Shown here one piece after another: positions 51,658 to 64,000 of a DNA stretch of 64,000 bases. How positions within the stretch are numbered: the stretch's first letter is position 1; each line of letters opens with the position of its first letter. The position numbers were made by a program, and so were the translations under genes. The stretch spans positions 85,684,001 through 85,748,000 of the forward strand of contig NC_042997.1 of NCBI RefSeq assembly GCF_006345805.1. Reading direction: 5' to 3'. The notes beneath the pieces were generated by a model. The model did no database searches and was not told the origin of the DNA. It worked only from the letters and a program-made list of their open reading frames with translations. Source of the DNA: Octopus sinensis. Its lineage: Eukaryota.

Positions 51658-54600
51658 CACACACACACACATATACATATATACAAATATACATACATGC
51701 ATAAAATTTACTATATTATTTTGAGTCATGGTCTACTCAATACTAATTCATGATTTACAACCAACTCGTGTGTGTGTATGTATCTGTTGTTGCTTTCATT
51801 TAAGTAAAGCCAACATCTGTGTAATCTTTAGGAAAATAGTAATTAAAAATTTAATGTTATATTTTTACAATATATTCCATTAGTTGCAAAGTTTAAATAT
51901 ACACTGTTTAAATATAAATATATGCGTAAATATAAATATATGTGAGTGTGTTAGGGTATGGCTATATGTGTGTGTGTGTGTGTGGTGTGTGTGTGTGTGT
52001 GTGTGTGTTTGTTTTGAATAACGCCAACAACTTGTTTAAGTATTAGGTGAAATGTGATAAAAAATTTAGATATATATTTTTTGCAAAACATTCCATTAGC
52101 TGTAGTGCATAAATATATAGTCCCTTACACACACATATAAATACATTCAAGAGAGAGACAGAGTGCCATGTGTGTGTGTGTGTTTGCTTATGCATGTGTA
52201 TGTGTGTGTATGTGTATTAAGAGCCAGATTCTATACCTCACTTGAAGATTCATAGTCCAAAACAAAAGTTGTGCTTGATCATTTGGATACTTACTTTTGA
52301 AGCAGTCTAGATAGATAACTGATCTGTCATTTGGCTGCCAACATTGGAGCTCTCTGTTTGTCTTTTGTAAAATATTAGCAATTAATATCATTCCATTAAG
52401 TTTACTGAGATTTTCAATTTCTCTGGAATTTTGATTTTGTTGGAACTTCGAAAGCAAGGAAAAACACAACTGTTCATTGTACCTACCATATTAGAGTTGT
52501 CTCCCATTGAGAGATAACTAGCGTGATGCTGACTTCACTATATGAGCCTCAGCCTCACAGAATGTAGGGGATTTCACTTTACATATCAATAAATCAACAA
52601 GGAATACCATTAACTGATTTTTTTTCTTTTTTGGCAATGCACATTTAGGTCACTGTCATTTCCTCAAATACTTGTGTCACAGTTTCAGAAAATGACTACT
52701 GTTTTTGTCACATTATGTTGCCTTTCTTTTGACGAAATTTTCCACATCCAATGTCTGGCTAATGCACATTGTTGCCCAAAAGATGAGGACTGGTTCTTCA
52801 TTCAAATTTCTATCATTAAGAAATACATAAATTCTTTCATTTGGTGATGCTTATATGTCCACATGAGAACTTGTTTTGTTGCTTTGGGTTAAGTTAGGAC
52901 CACTTTTGGCAGAAATGTTACTATTTTCCTTTTCCATATTACATGTATTTTGCTACAAAACTTTTACAGTTTAAAATCTGTGGAAACATGTTTACCTTAA
53001 ATATGGTTGTGTCGGTGGACATTCCACATCCTCATTATATATATGTATGGGAACAAAATAAGACCAAATAAAATTTGTCGAACACACCCAGTATGGGCAG
53101 GCTTCCAAAGTTCAAATATTCTCTGTTTAAAACAATCCAAAAACTTATTCTTACAAGTTTAAATTACATGGAAACCCAACATCATATTAGATTAATTTGG
53201 TAAAACACCAAAATACTTGGAGCAAGGTAATCACATCTAGCAACAACAACAATTACTACTACTGCTGCTGCTGTTACTGCTACTACTACTACTACTAAAA
53301 CAACATTTTCTGTTACAGTCCATATGTGTAATTCTTTAAGCAAATACTATTTTAACAATAGAATTAAATCAAAGACATACTCTAGTATTTATATGATTTG
53401 CAAGATAACTGACTGATAAACTATGGAATTATAAACTATGGAAATTGAAGACAAACCAACCATTTCTCTGAAATTTCAAAATCACTGATTACATTTGAAA
53501 TTTCACCTCATGAATTTAATTTAAAGCATAATGGATTAGCTATGTCCTTATTAACTATATCCCAACAGCAATTATGCAATGGAGCAAGAATGAAGATGAT
53601 TAACCTACACAGTTGTTATGTAGAAGAGTTGATTAACAATGTACAATCAGTAGAATGGTTTTAATTCTACAAACCAAAAGTAGTTAATGTACTTTTCATT
53701 TTAGAGAGAAATAAATTAGCTTCCAATATGCCTAGGGTTTACAAAAACAATAAACTAGTCTCAAGGATAAATCTTCAAGAAAATGGAATTATTTTTTGTG
53801 AAGTAGTAATTGTTATGTTACCTTTTCTAGAGTGCATTCATTTCTTGATGCAAGAATAATGGATAATAACACTTAAGGCACAAGAGGTGACATGTATAGC
53901 AATATATTATATATAGTTTTCAGAGATGTTTTTTCCAGTTATGCAAGAAACAAATATATGCTGACACAATAAATCCCATATACAGAATTTATAAGACAAT
54001 GATCACCTAAATAAAAATGCGATGTAGAAGTGGCACATAAATGCTATATGGGCATTCTGAAGAACAGTGTTTTAATTATCAAGTTCAACATTTTCCTTGA
54101 GCAAAATTCTGAATGCTTTGATTATTTCACATTATTTTTGCAAATATCTACCATAAAAGTACCAAAAGCAACAGGGACTACAATTTTTTCTTATCAAAAA
54201 TTGTTCTGGAGAAATATCTTCCTTTGATTACCTTTAAAAGATATACATTTTTGAAAATCCTTTAAAAGATATAAATTTTTTAGATATTTCTTGGGAATAT
54301 CTTAAAATTTATATATTTTAAATATACATTTTCCCCAATTAGATAAGTTTCATTTGAATGAATTCTTCTTCAATATGCTAGAGATAATCACTCTGTGACC
54401 CATTCATTCTCCTTATGAGGCAACTTTTCATAATTGCATTTCAATATTCCTTGCTTTTAGGTGTTAGTTATAATGTGCTTTTATCAATCTATTCATATTT
54501 TTCACCAACAACATCCTGATTCACATACTAGTGCTCTGATTTGTAATCAGAAATACCTCATGCTTTATATGACAAGTGCAAACTTTTCCTTTTTAGATTC

Positions 54601-54699
54601 TCATCCTTGCCAAGTAGACTTAACATCTAACTTCTCTCCTATCTGATATTGTTCCCTGCTTCCCCACTTTCTGCTATTCTTTCCACCTTTGTCAGTTAA

Positions 54700-55370
54700 C
54701 ATTTATGGTTCTATCTATATTATTATATCAATACCATAACACCTTCCGCATTACTGGAACTTTACTCCCTCCATAGATTTGGTTTGTGACTCACAGTAAG
54801 TTGCCTTTTAGAGAGTCCCCATTGTATTCTATGCTATATGTCTTTATCTTCTCAATATAGTAATAAATGTCTTCTAGTAATTGCTTGAACTAATGACAAA
54901 GAGATCTTTCACACACCATATTTTCCTTCTACAGATTGTCTAGAGCTTCTTAATCCATCTAGTTCATACCTTAATGTTATTTTTCATTCTTCATGAGGAA
55001 AGACTTAGTTTTCACAATCAGTTGTCTAACCTGTCTCTTAGTAAGTACTGTCTGTTTTGCGTGGTCACCTGAATGGTAGATAACCAGATTTAATGATTGG
55101 TTTCCTGAAATTAATGTTGCAAATGGTTAGGCTATTTGCTTCACAGAACTTCTAGAGCCTTTTTTCTTTTCCATTCCTAGTGCAATATATATTTGCTCCA
55201 CGTGCCCACGAATAACCATTATGGTGTTTGCCAACAAGTCTGTTCAAGTCCCCAGCTATGACACTTATGGGAGAATCCTGAACACCCCTACGGGACTAAA
55301 GGTGGACAAACTGATTACAAGAAGAGTTGACAGTGTTAGTATGACCATGTTAGTTTACTGTAATAGTTTA
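54700..55370 (-). pseudogene. Decayed APE endonuclease region of an RTE-type LINE
   Basis: Minus frame VIAGDLNRLVGKHHNGY...RNGK...IYHSGDH resembles the RTE APE motifs AGDFNGHVG, RN.EG and TY.SG. Confidence 0.55.
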
Positions 55371-55435
55371 ATAGTTGGTACACTATTTACATTATTTATA
55401 TTTGATGGATATTTGTCCTCTTCTTGTTTGTTGTT

Positions 55436-55481
55436 AACACAATGTTTCAGCTGATGTACTCTCCAGCCTTCATCAGGTGTC
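55436..55481 (-). ncRNA. Minimal hammerhead-like motif in the PLE terminal repeat
   Basis: GACAC CTGATGA A GGCTG GAGAGTACAT CAGCT GAAAC ATT GTGTT: stem I GACAC/GTGTT, stem II GGCTG/CAGCT, extra A after the core. Confidence 0.6.
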
Positions 55482-55618
55482 CTGGAGGAATTTCGAACCT
55501 GAGTTCTCATTCCTAAGGTATTTTACTGATGTTATCATTATTTTTATTATTATTATTGGGGTTAGTAGCCCGTGCTCTTAACCACTATGTCATATGCCCG
55601 TGGAGTGAATTTTAGGGC

Positions 55619-56490
55619 TTATAAATCTAATATTTTCCTATCCTCCCTTAATATCGGTTCCCATATGCTACTGATATCTGCACTCAGTCTGCTTAGGAGG
55701 CTGTTGTGTCCCAGCATATATGCTGCCTCTTTTAGTTTTTGTATTTTCCAGTGGTGTTCTTTGTCTATTATTTTAACTTCATCCCACAAGGGGAGGTGGT
55801 CTTCGTTTTTCCATACATAATCAGCTATACCTGATTTATCAATATCTCTTCGTGTCACAGCTTTGCAATGTTCCTCCACCTTTATTTTGAGGGGCGGCAT
55901 GTTTTGCCTTTGTATAACCTACCACAGCTGCATGGGATGGAGTACATGCAGTCTTTAGTCATATTCTCTACTATTGGTGGTTTTATTTGAAGGAGATATT
56001 TGCAAAGTGTTGTATTACTCTTGAATAATGTCCTGATGTCATAGGGGCCACATATCTTTTGTATCTTTTTGAAGAGGCCTTTCACATAGGGTTGACAGAC
56101 TATGTTCAGTTTATGGATTTCATCCTCTTTTCTCTTCATGACTGGAGTGGATAGTATGTTTTGGGGGTAGTTGTTGCTTAATAGATTGTTACTTAGCTTT
56201 GATCATTTCTTCATGGTGTATATCACGATCGCTACTTATATTCTTTGCTTGATGTTTTAGGCACTGAGCATTCCCTCTCTTTACACTGTATGGATGGTGG
56301 GAATTGAAGTTGAGGTATCATCCAGTGAAGGTCGGCTTGCAGTATACGAATGTCCTGGCCTTTCTGTTACTCTTCAAGTTTTATATGAATCCACTGGTGT
56401 CATTACATTCAAGCCAGGTGGTATTAGCTTTGAGTCTCTACATCTACACAGGAAAGTTAGATGGTTTGAAAGACAAGCTAGTTTTTGATT
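55619..56490 (-). pseudogene. PLE ORF C-terminus (RT thumb and GIY-YIG endonuclease), frameshifted
   Basis: Track ORFs 55619-55900 and 55882-56139, plus upstream frames in 56150-56490. Confidence 0.85.
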
Positions 56491-56594
56491 GAGTTTCTCT
56501 GTATGTCTCCATTGAAGTCTAATGTCAGCTCCATACCGATTAAATAATAAAGTTCCATATTAGATTTATAAACCCTAAAATTCACTCAATAATT

Positions 56595-56668
56595 GCCCAC
56601 AGGTGTAGTGGTTAAGAGTGCGGGCTACTAACCCCAAGATTCCGAGTTCGCTTCCAGGCAGTGACCTG
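56595..56668 (+). promoter_or_regulatory. tRNA-like Pol III promoter segment inside the PLE terminal repeat
   Basis: A-box TAGTGGTTAAG (56606-56616), anticodon-like arm GCGGG CTACTAA CCCCA, B-box-like GAGTTCGCTTCC (56644-56655). Confidence 0.6.
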
Positions 56669-58461
56669 AATAATAATAATAATAATAATATCGGTAACAC
56701 ATTTTAGGAATGAGAACCCAGGTTCAAAAATTCCCCAACAAACAAGATAAGAACAAATATCCATCAAATGTAAATAATGTAAATAATGTATAGATTTCCT
56801 CATCTCTCAAATATAGAACCGTATTAACAGTTGGTAGTACGGAATGCATTCTGTGTTAACATATATTTCTGCAATAGGATATTTTTAGATAACCACACAT
56901 GGTTATGATTTTCCCCGACTATTCCTGCTCATAATCAGAGATACACATATTGTCAGCCACAAAGGGACATGCTCAAGTGGTTAAAGTCAAGCAACTGATA
57001 AGTAAATCTGAGGTATTGAGCAGAATATTTTCTATAGGGATATTTCTGCTTCAGCAACTCAGCATTGAATCTGTCCAAAATGTAACGGAAAATAGATCAG
57101 TTTCAAAACATTGATGTCCAGGTCACAAAAACAAATTTTGAAGCGAATAGTAGTCATTTCCTTTGTTTTCAAAATAGAAGCAAATAGAAAATAACACTTA
57201 TTGACCAAATACAATAAATAAATAAATAAAAATTTTGTTACACAGTGTAATTAGTCTAAACTGAATTATTCTGTTGCATTTTCTGAACACCTCAATGACT
57301 TTACCTATCTCTACCAACAACATTCTCATCCACCAATTCCTGTGCTGTCACCACCCAGAAGATAATGTGCATATGTTCCTTGCCTGCAATATGTCTGTCT
57401 TACCTCTAGTACACAAACACATCTATTTGCTTCCACTCTTGCGTAAATATATTTGAATAAGTCCATTTACATGTTCATATCTGTATGTCTGCATGTGCGT
57501 GTGTGTGTGTGGAGCATGTGAGTATGTGTATGTGTGTGTTTATGTCTACACAGGATATGATTTGCCCTGTGCCTATGGTTATGAATTTGCATGAATCTCC
57601 ATCATTTTATTATATGTCGGAGGATGTGCATTTATATATCTGACAAATATTTACGTGAATGTTTATGCAGGTGTTTGTACAGGTGTTTTGTACGTGTATG
57701 CATGTGTGTGTCTGTGCAGGCAGGCAGGCATCCCCATGTGTCTGTAGCTATCTATATTTACATCAGCACCTGAAGCTATATGGCTGTGTGTGTGTATACA
57801 GGAGAAGAGAGAGAAAGAGAGACAGGCAGACAGAGATGATTAGACAGAGAGTTAGAAAGATAGAGTGAGAGGAGCGAGAGAGAGACAGACAGACAAATAC
57901 AATGAGAGAGAGATACACATCTGGTTATCTATATGTATAACTTGCCTGTAGCCATGTATATCTCTATCACTATATCTGTGTATTCACATGTGTGTATATT
58001 GTGTGTGTGCATGAACGTGTGTGCACAAATGTACATGTGTATGTGGGGGGGGGGGATAGATGTGTGTGTGTGTGGTGTGTGTGTGTGTGTGCATGCATGT
58101 AAATCAACATACAGTCTAAGTTAGTATTACTGGACAATACAGAAACCAATGTTTTGCCCTCAATCCATTCCAGTCAGTAATGAAGTTTCAGTCATAAAAA
58201 GGAAGAAAAAAATATGCTTTTATCATAACTTCACATAAAAGTGGCTTTAAGACCTTTTTAAATCAACTATTAGTTCTCAATAATATTATCTATCACCTCT
58301 TCTGTCCACCTCCCTAACTTTGGTTTGCATATTTTTTAATTTTTTTTAACCACTGTGATTGTGATTGTTAAGAAGGCAATGAGCATAAAAAGAAGACAAC
58401 ACAGAAGGAACAAGTTTTAACAAGTGTGTTATCAAGTTGATGCTTAAAAAAAACAAGTCTT

Positions 58462-58489
58462 GACATTTTGGGCTGTAGTCCTTCATCAG
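58462..58489 (-). other. Degenerate PLE-type hammerhead-like remnant
   Basis: Minus strand CTGATGAAGGACTACAGCCCAAAATGTC; the GAAAC half is decayed. Confidence 0.4.
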
Positions 58490-58509
58490 AAGAAAGATTT
58501 ACAAGATAC

Positions 58510-58724
58510 TTATCTGTTATCTTTTATTTGCTTCAGTCATTGGATTGCAGTCATGCTAGGGCACTGCCGTGAGTATTTTAGTTTAACAAATCAACCCTAG
58601 CACTTGAATTTTTCAAATGTGGTACTTATTCTATCAGTCTCTTTTGCTGAAATGCTAAGTTATAGGGATGCAAACTGACTAGTTGTCAAATACCAGGAGG
58701 CTGATGTATACATAGATACAACAG

Positions 58725-58813
<89 letters not shown>

Positions 58814-58965
58814 GATAAACAATAGTTTCTATCAATCAAATTCACACGCAAGGCACTGGCCAACTTGAGGCTATAGTTAAAGACACTTGCTCAAGGTGTC
58901 ACACAATGGGACTGAACCCAAAACTATATGGTTACAAAACAAGCTTTTTAACCACACTGCTATGC
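58510..58965 (-). mobile_element. Full-length tRNA-derived SINE (11085 family) with internal (GATA)n
   Basis: Tail TTCAGTCATTGGATTGCAGTCATGCT, head GGACTGAACCC...ACCACACTGC. Confidence 0.85.
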
Positions 58966-59232
58966 CAGCTGAGAGGTTTTTTAAAACACAATGTTTTCTA
59001 AATAGAGTTGTGAATGTGCAAAACACTATGTTGTTATTTAACCCCTGGTTAGCTCCAATAAAGTAGACAGGCTCCTGATTAAATGCCATTTCACCCATAA
59101 CCATAGTCTATTATTATGAAATAATATTTAACAAGGATATTATTTAATGCCCTTTTATATGATGGTAGTTTAGGTCTGTGGTTTGAGGGAGATTTGGCCG
59201 GTATTTCTGGCAAGTTACTTGATCATGTAAAA

Positions 59233-59470
59233 CGGTAGTTGTCTACCAGGGTGCATATGGCCCTTGGAGGTCCATGTAAGATTTTTTGTTAAAATTTATT
59301 AGCAATAAATTGCTTATATTTTTATAATACGCTAAATATTTTAATAATTTTTGATAAAAATACAATTCCTAATAATATTTAATAATAGAAATATAATTGA
59401 AATTTTTAAGCATTGAATTGCTTTGAGGATCCTCTGGAATAAAATAAGAATCAAAGCTGTCCATAGTTAT
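59233..59470 (+). mobile_element. Truncated hAT MITE related to 14433
   Basis: CGGTAGTTGTCTACCAGGGTGCATATGG...GGAGGTCCATGTAAGATTT and AATAAAATAAGAATCAAAG..GTCCATA match the 14433 element. Confidence 0.6.
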
Positions 59471-60240
59471 ACGGAGCTTTTAACTGGTAGCACTTGCATG
59501 TGCAAGTTGTTTGCAAGACATCATAGTTAAAAAATGGTTCCTTATTAGAGCCATGTTAATGAGATTACATTGAAAGACAACAAACAAGGAGCCTGGTGGT
59601 TCGTATGTCTGTAGTGATCTCATGCACACAGCGTTTTAGCTTCACTTTTATCATATGCTAAAATGACAAATTTTAGCTTACATACATGTAGTCTGAGAGC
59701 CATTTTTGTAGCTAATTCAACAAAAAATTGCATCATTTTAGAGTCACTTGTGTTATTTAAGTCAATCATTACCTGTGTTATTTCAGCCAATCATCATCTG
59801 TGTTATTTTAGCCAGTAATCACTTGCATTATTTTCACCTATTAGATATTTACCTGATCAGAAATTTTAATGGCTCAAAAACTAGTTGTCTGTGCAATATA
59901 GTTTTGACTTCATCATCATCATCATCGTCATTTAGCGTCCGTTTTCCATGCTAGCATGGGTTGGACGGTTCTACTAGGGTCTGTGAAGCCAGAAGGCTTC
60001 ATCAGGCCCAGTCAAATCTGGCAGTGTTTCTACGGCTGGATGCCCTTCCTAACGCCAACCACTCCGTGAGTGTAGTGGGTGCTTTTTACGTGCCACCCGC
60101 ACAGGTGCCAGACAGAGCTGGCAAACGGCCACGAACGGATGGTGCTTTTTATGTGCCACCGGCACAAGGGCCAGGCGAGGCTGGCAACAGACACGAAACG
60201 GGGCGGTGCTGGCAACGGTCGCGAAACGGAAGGTTCTCTT

Positions 60241-60532
60241 ACATGCCACCGGCACTGGTAACACATCTGCAATTTCCATTGATCGATTTCCATTCTGATC
60301 CTCACTTGCCTCAACGGGTCTTCACAAGTAGAGTTTCGACATGCCACCGGCACTGGTAACGCATCTGCAATTTCCATTGATCGATTTCCATTTCTGATCC
60401 TCACTAGCCTCAACGGGTCTTCACAAGTAGAGTATCGACATGCCACCGGCACTGGTAACACATCTCCAATTTCCATTGATCGATTTCGATTCTGATCCTC
60501 ACTTGCCTCAACAGGTCTTCACAAGTAGAGTT
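60241..60532. repeat. Triplicated ~98-bp unit in the RTE 3' UTR
   Basis: ACATGCCACCGGCACTGGTAAC...CTTCACAAGTAGAGT units start at 60241, 60339 and 60438; only a single unit in the 50.6-kb copy. Confidence 0.95.
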
Positions 60533-60605
60533 TTGTGTCCCAAGAAGGGAAGGTATGCATACATAGGCTGGCTCCATCCCAAGTAGAAGGCCACGGGTTA
60601 TGGAC

Positions 60606-62590
60606 TCACTTGTCCTGCCGGGTCTTCTCGCGCACAGCACACTTCCAGAGGACTCGGTCTCTAGTCATTTCCTCAGTGAGACCTAAAGTTCGAAGGTCGT
60701 GCTTCACCACCTCGTCCCAGGTTTTCCTGGGTCTGCCTCTTCCACAGGTTCCCTCAACCGCTAGGGAGTGGCACTTTTTCACACAACTATCTTCATCCAT
60801 TCTCGCCACATGACCATACCAGCGCAATCGTCTCTCTTGCACACCACAACTGATGCTTCTTAGGTCCAGCTTTTCTCTCAAGGTACTTACACTCTGTCGA
60901 TTATGAACACTGACATTACACATCCATCGGAGCATACTGGCTTCATTTCTTGCGAGCTTACGCATATCCTCAGCAGTCATGGCCCATGTTTCACTGCCAT
61001 GTAGCATGGCTGTTCGTACACACGCATCATACAGTCTGCCTTTCACTCTGTGCGAGAGGCCTTTTGTCACCAGCAGAGGTAAGAGCTCTCTGAACTTTGC
61101 CCAAGCTATTCTTACTCTAGCAGTTACACTTTCAGCACACCGCCCCCGCTGCTGACTTGGTCACCTAGGTAACAGAAACTATCAACTATTTCTAGTTTTT
61201 CTCCCTGGAAAGTGACGGAAGTTGGTCTCAGAGCATTTTCAGTGTTTATTGTTCCTGAGCATCTGCCACATACAAAAACCATCTTCCTAGTTAGCCTTCC
61301 TTTGACATTGCTGCACCTCTTATGTGTCCATAGCTTACACTTGGTGCATCTTATAGAGTTTCTACCTACACCTTTTCTACAGATCGAGCAGGGCCATCTA
61401 CCTGAAGGCGTTTGTGATTTGTCTACCTTCCTACTGATTACGACTTTGGTTTTAGCTAGATTGACTCTGAGGCCCTTCGATTCTAATCCTTGTTTCCACA
61501 CCTGAAACTTCTCCTCCAGTTCTGATAGCGACTCAGCAATTAGAGCAAGGTCATCAGCATAGAGGAGCTCCCAAGGGCATCCTGTCTTGAATTCCTCCGT
61601 TATTGCCTGGAGGACTATGATAAATAGGAGGGGGCTGAGTACTGAGCCTTGGTGGACCCCTACCTCTACCCGGAATTCTTCACTGTACTCGTTTCCAACC
61701 CTCCCTACTAGCAGCGTCCCTATACATGGCCCGCACAGCTCTCACTAACCATTCATCTATCCCTAGTTTCCTCATTGCCCACCAGATAAGGGATCGGGGG
61801 ACCCTGTCGAAGGCTTTCTCCATGTCAACAAAAGCCAGGTACAGGGGCTTATCTTTGGCTAGGTATTTCTCCTGCAGCTGCCTTACCAGGAATATAGCAT
61901 CAGTAGTACTTTTCCCTGGCACAAACCCAAACTGCATCTCATCTAAACTAACTCTCTCTCTAATTAGTTGGGCTATGACCCTCTCCGTAACCTTCATCAC
62001 CTGATCCAACAGCTTGATACCTCTGTAGTTATTTGTATCTAGGGCGTCACCTTTACCTTTGTAGCAGTTGACTATTATTCTGCTACACCAGTCATTGGGT
62101 ATGACTCCTTTGTGTATCACCTGATTAACTATATGGGTGACTAGGCTATAGCCGACACTACCAGACATTTTGAGCATCTCTGCAGTGATTCCTGATGGGC
62201 CTGGGGCTTTTCCTGTCTTCATGCTTCTAATTGCCTTAGCTACCACGGAACTATCAACTCGGATAGCTGGTCCCTCTGTTGGGTCAACATTCGGCAGACT
62301 CTCTTTATCCCATTCATTTTCTTTATTCAGCAAACTTTCATAGTGGCATCTCCAAACCTCTCTCTTTGCATCCTCATTTAGCGCAAGTGAACCATCTTCC
62401 ATGCGAACACACTTCTCTCCTACCACATCACGATTCTCTCTCACACACTGTCTTGCAACGCGAAACACCTCCAGTCTTTGGTCCTCACGGCGCAGAACAT
62501 TGGCAATTTTTTTTTTTTCTTATCTGCTTCCCCTCTGGCTAAATAAACCTGTCTCTTAGCTTCTCTTTTGGCAGTCTGATACAATTCCCA
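60606..62590 (-). pseudogene. RTE ORF (reverse transcriptase domain and C-terminus), frameshifted, APE domain missing
   Basis: Track ORFs 62441, 61680, 61124 and 60606 are consecutive pieces. Confidence 0.93.
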
Positions 62591-63789
62591 ATTAAAATTT
62601 CTTTCAGACTCACTGACTCTCAGTTGAATCATTTGCTTGACACCAGTTTGTTCAGTCCTTCTTTTCTATCTCTAGTAACCATAGTAAACTATATTATTTG
62701 GTACTCTTTCTTAACTAGATGTTAGCCTTAGTCTTGGCTCACTAGACTAACTTCAACCAATTTATATAGACGTATGTTTAACTGATTTTTCTCTTTACTG
62801 GTGGCCTTTTATCTGTTTGCATGCATTTAACTCTCTGGCACAAATTGTTCTATTGACATGAAAACATGAAAATGTCTAGGTACAATTTCCATAACTTCTA
62901 TTACATAAATTGTCTAATTGACTTATTGTTGTACATTTTCACAAGCATATTTAAGTACAGTTTGTCTTAATTAATGTTGCAAATTTTCTGTATTTGGATT
63001 CAGTTGTTTTCTTTTTAATCAGTGTTCACAAACAATGTGTTGCATAATTATTATTGTATTAACTTACCAGCAAGATCTGCCAAGATACACATTTTTGTTG
63101 GTATTTAGGAAATAACAGCAAAAATTATATGTAACCAATTTTTTTTTTTGCTATATCTACAAGCAATCTTTTATTTTCTTAAATATTCTAAGATTAGAGC
63201 CTATTGGTTGGAATATCCAGATTAATAAATGATTTGAGATAAAACTAATCTTTAGTAATCTAAATTTTCATTAGCTGTTTTGCATTCTTTAAAAGGAAAA
63301 GTTTTGCTGGACAATTTCATTTTGATCTCTCTTTCCTTCATAAGATAATTACAAAACAATACATTTCTTTTTCTGTAGCTATTTTTAATAACTTAATTCT
63401 AAATCTAATCTGAGCTTCCAATCTTTTGTTATTACTTTTATTTAATTTATCCCTCTCTCCATACCTGCAGCTTTTCAAACCACAAATATTTTTTTTACCA
63501 ATTCCATAATGTTTCAAAGTGTGTCTCTCTTTTTATCTACAGCTATCATTGTTTAGCTTCATATCAGTTTTTATTGAACAATCCTATAATCAAAGATGTT
63601 CCAGATATAACCAGCCTGTCATTTTGCTTCAAAATTCATTATCTTTCTGCTAAGAAGTAGGATGGGTTTTTTTTTATCTTCAAAGAGATTTGACTGCTAT
63701 TTCTAGCACGTCAAATAACCAAGAGACCTTTGGCAATATGCTGTGCTTGAGAAGAAGACTGATCAAGCCAAGTGAAACCATAGTAGTGG

Positions 63790-64000
63790 CAGATACTGGT
63801 GTCACACAACTGGCACCTGTGCTGGTGGCATGGAAAAGCACCCATTACACTCTCAGAGTGGTTGGTGTTAGGAAGGGCATCCAACTGTAGTAGCTATTTT
63901 AAAACAGACGGGAGTCTGGTGCAGCTCCTCAGCTTACCAGCCCAAGTCAGGTTGCCCAATCCATGCCAGCATGGACAATAGACATTAAATGATGATGATG
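63790..64000 (+). mobile_element. RTE-type 3' tail copy
   Basis: AAAAGCACCCATTACAC...AGGAAGGGCATCCA...CATGCCAGCATGGA followed by (GAT)n. Confidence 0.8.

Larger units (their letters stand above)
55381..56790 (-). mobile_element. 5'-truncated Penelope-like element with inverted pseudo-LTRs (55381-55633 and 56557-56790)
   Basis: Minus ORFs PYVKG...YSIPCSCGRLYKGKT and EHCKAVTRRDIDKSGIADYVW...KLKEA (GIY-YIG); ATATTAGATTTATAA.CCCTAAA and ACAAATATCCATCAAAT.TAAATAATGT mirrored at both ends. Confidence 0.9.
59910..62590 (-). mobile_element. 5'-truncated RTE-clade LINE with reverse transcriptase
   Basis: KGDALDTNNYRGIKLL, QFGFVPGKST, DMEKAFDRV, GVHQGSVLSP, LYADDL (YADD 61550-61561), GSETW, GRPRKTW; 3' UTR and (GAT)n tail; frameshifts near 62510, 61690 and 61140. 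Confidence 0.96.

Noticed and set aside
52188-52469. Minus ORF with VIYLD and a GTAAGT donor
   Set aside because: Could be a CR1-like RT trace or chance; flanking motifs do not match well enough
56595-56668. Possible genuine tRNA gene
   Set aside because: No convincing acceptor stem, the B-box is altered, and it is embedded in a duplicated PLE terminal repeat; the SINE heads elsewhere were rejected as tRNAs for the same reasons
57287-57400. Minus-strand exon candidate GKEHMHIIFWVVTAQELVDENVVGRD
   Set aside because: Ambiguous splice context (a donor-like site lies 20 nt upstream) and no homology
60241-60532. Regularly spaced repeats resembling a CRISPR array
   Set aside because: Contiguous ~98-bp tandem units with no unique spacers, inside a LINE 3' UTR, in eukaryotic DNA with no cas genes

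Overview
This is AT-rich eukaryotic, repeat-dominated intronic or intergenic DNA. The SINE, RTE and microsatellite content resembles an octopus or other cephalopod genome (inference from family recognition, not checked). No host protein-coding gene could be identified with confidence, and most ORFs in the track are microsatellite artefacts or decayed transposon frames. Supported elements are: a 5'-truncated RTE LINE with a YADD reverse transcriptase (59.9-62.6 kb) plus shorter RTE copies; a decayed L1/Tx1-type LINE (24-28 kb); a full-length decayed Chapaev3-like DNA transposon with TIRs and a TTA duplication (45249-47409); a Penelope-like element (PLE) with a GIY-YIG remnant and inverted terminal repeats (55381-56790); two R4/Dong-like endonuclease remnants; mariner, hAT and piggyBac-type MITEs; Helitron-like pieces; and many tRNA-derived SINEs. 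The most interesting signal is a recurrent architecture of fold-back elements whose arms carry outward-pointing minimal type-I hammerhead ribozyme motifs from several unrelated sequence families (11.6, 28.6 and 42.8 kb, and the PLE at 55.4 kb). One has a possible U3-A8 covariant core, and the PLE terminal repeat fuses a tRNA-like Pol III promoter to a hammerhead. A possible short-exon gene at 13.4-14.0 kb is flagged at low confidence.
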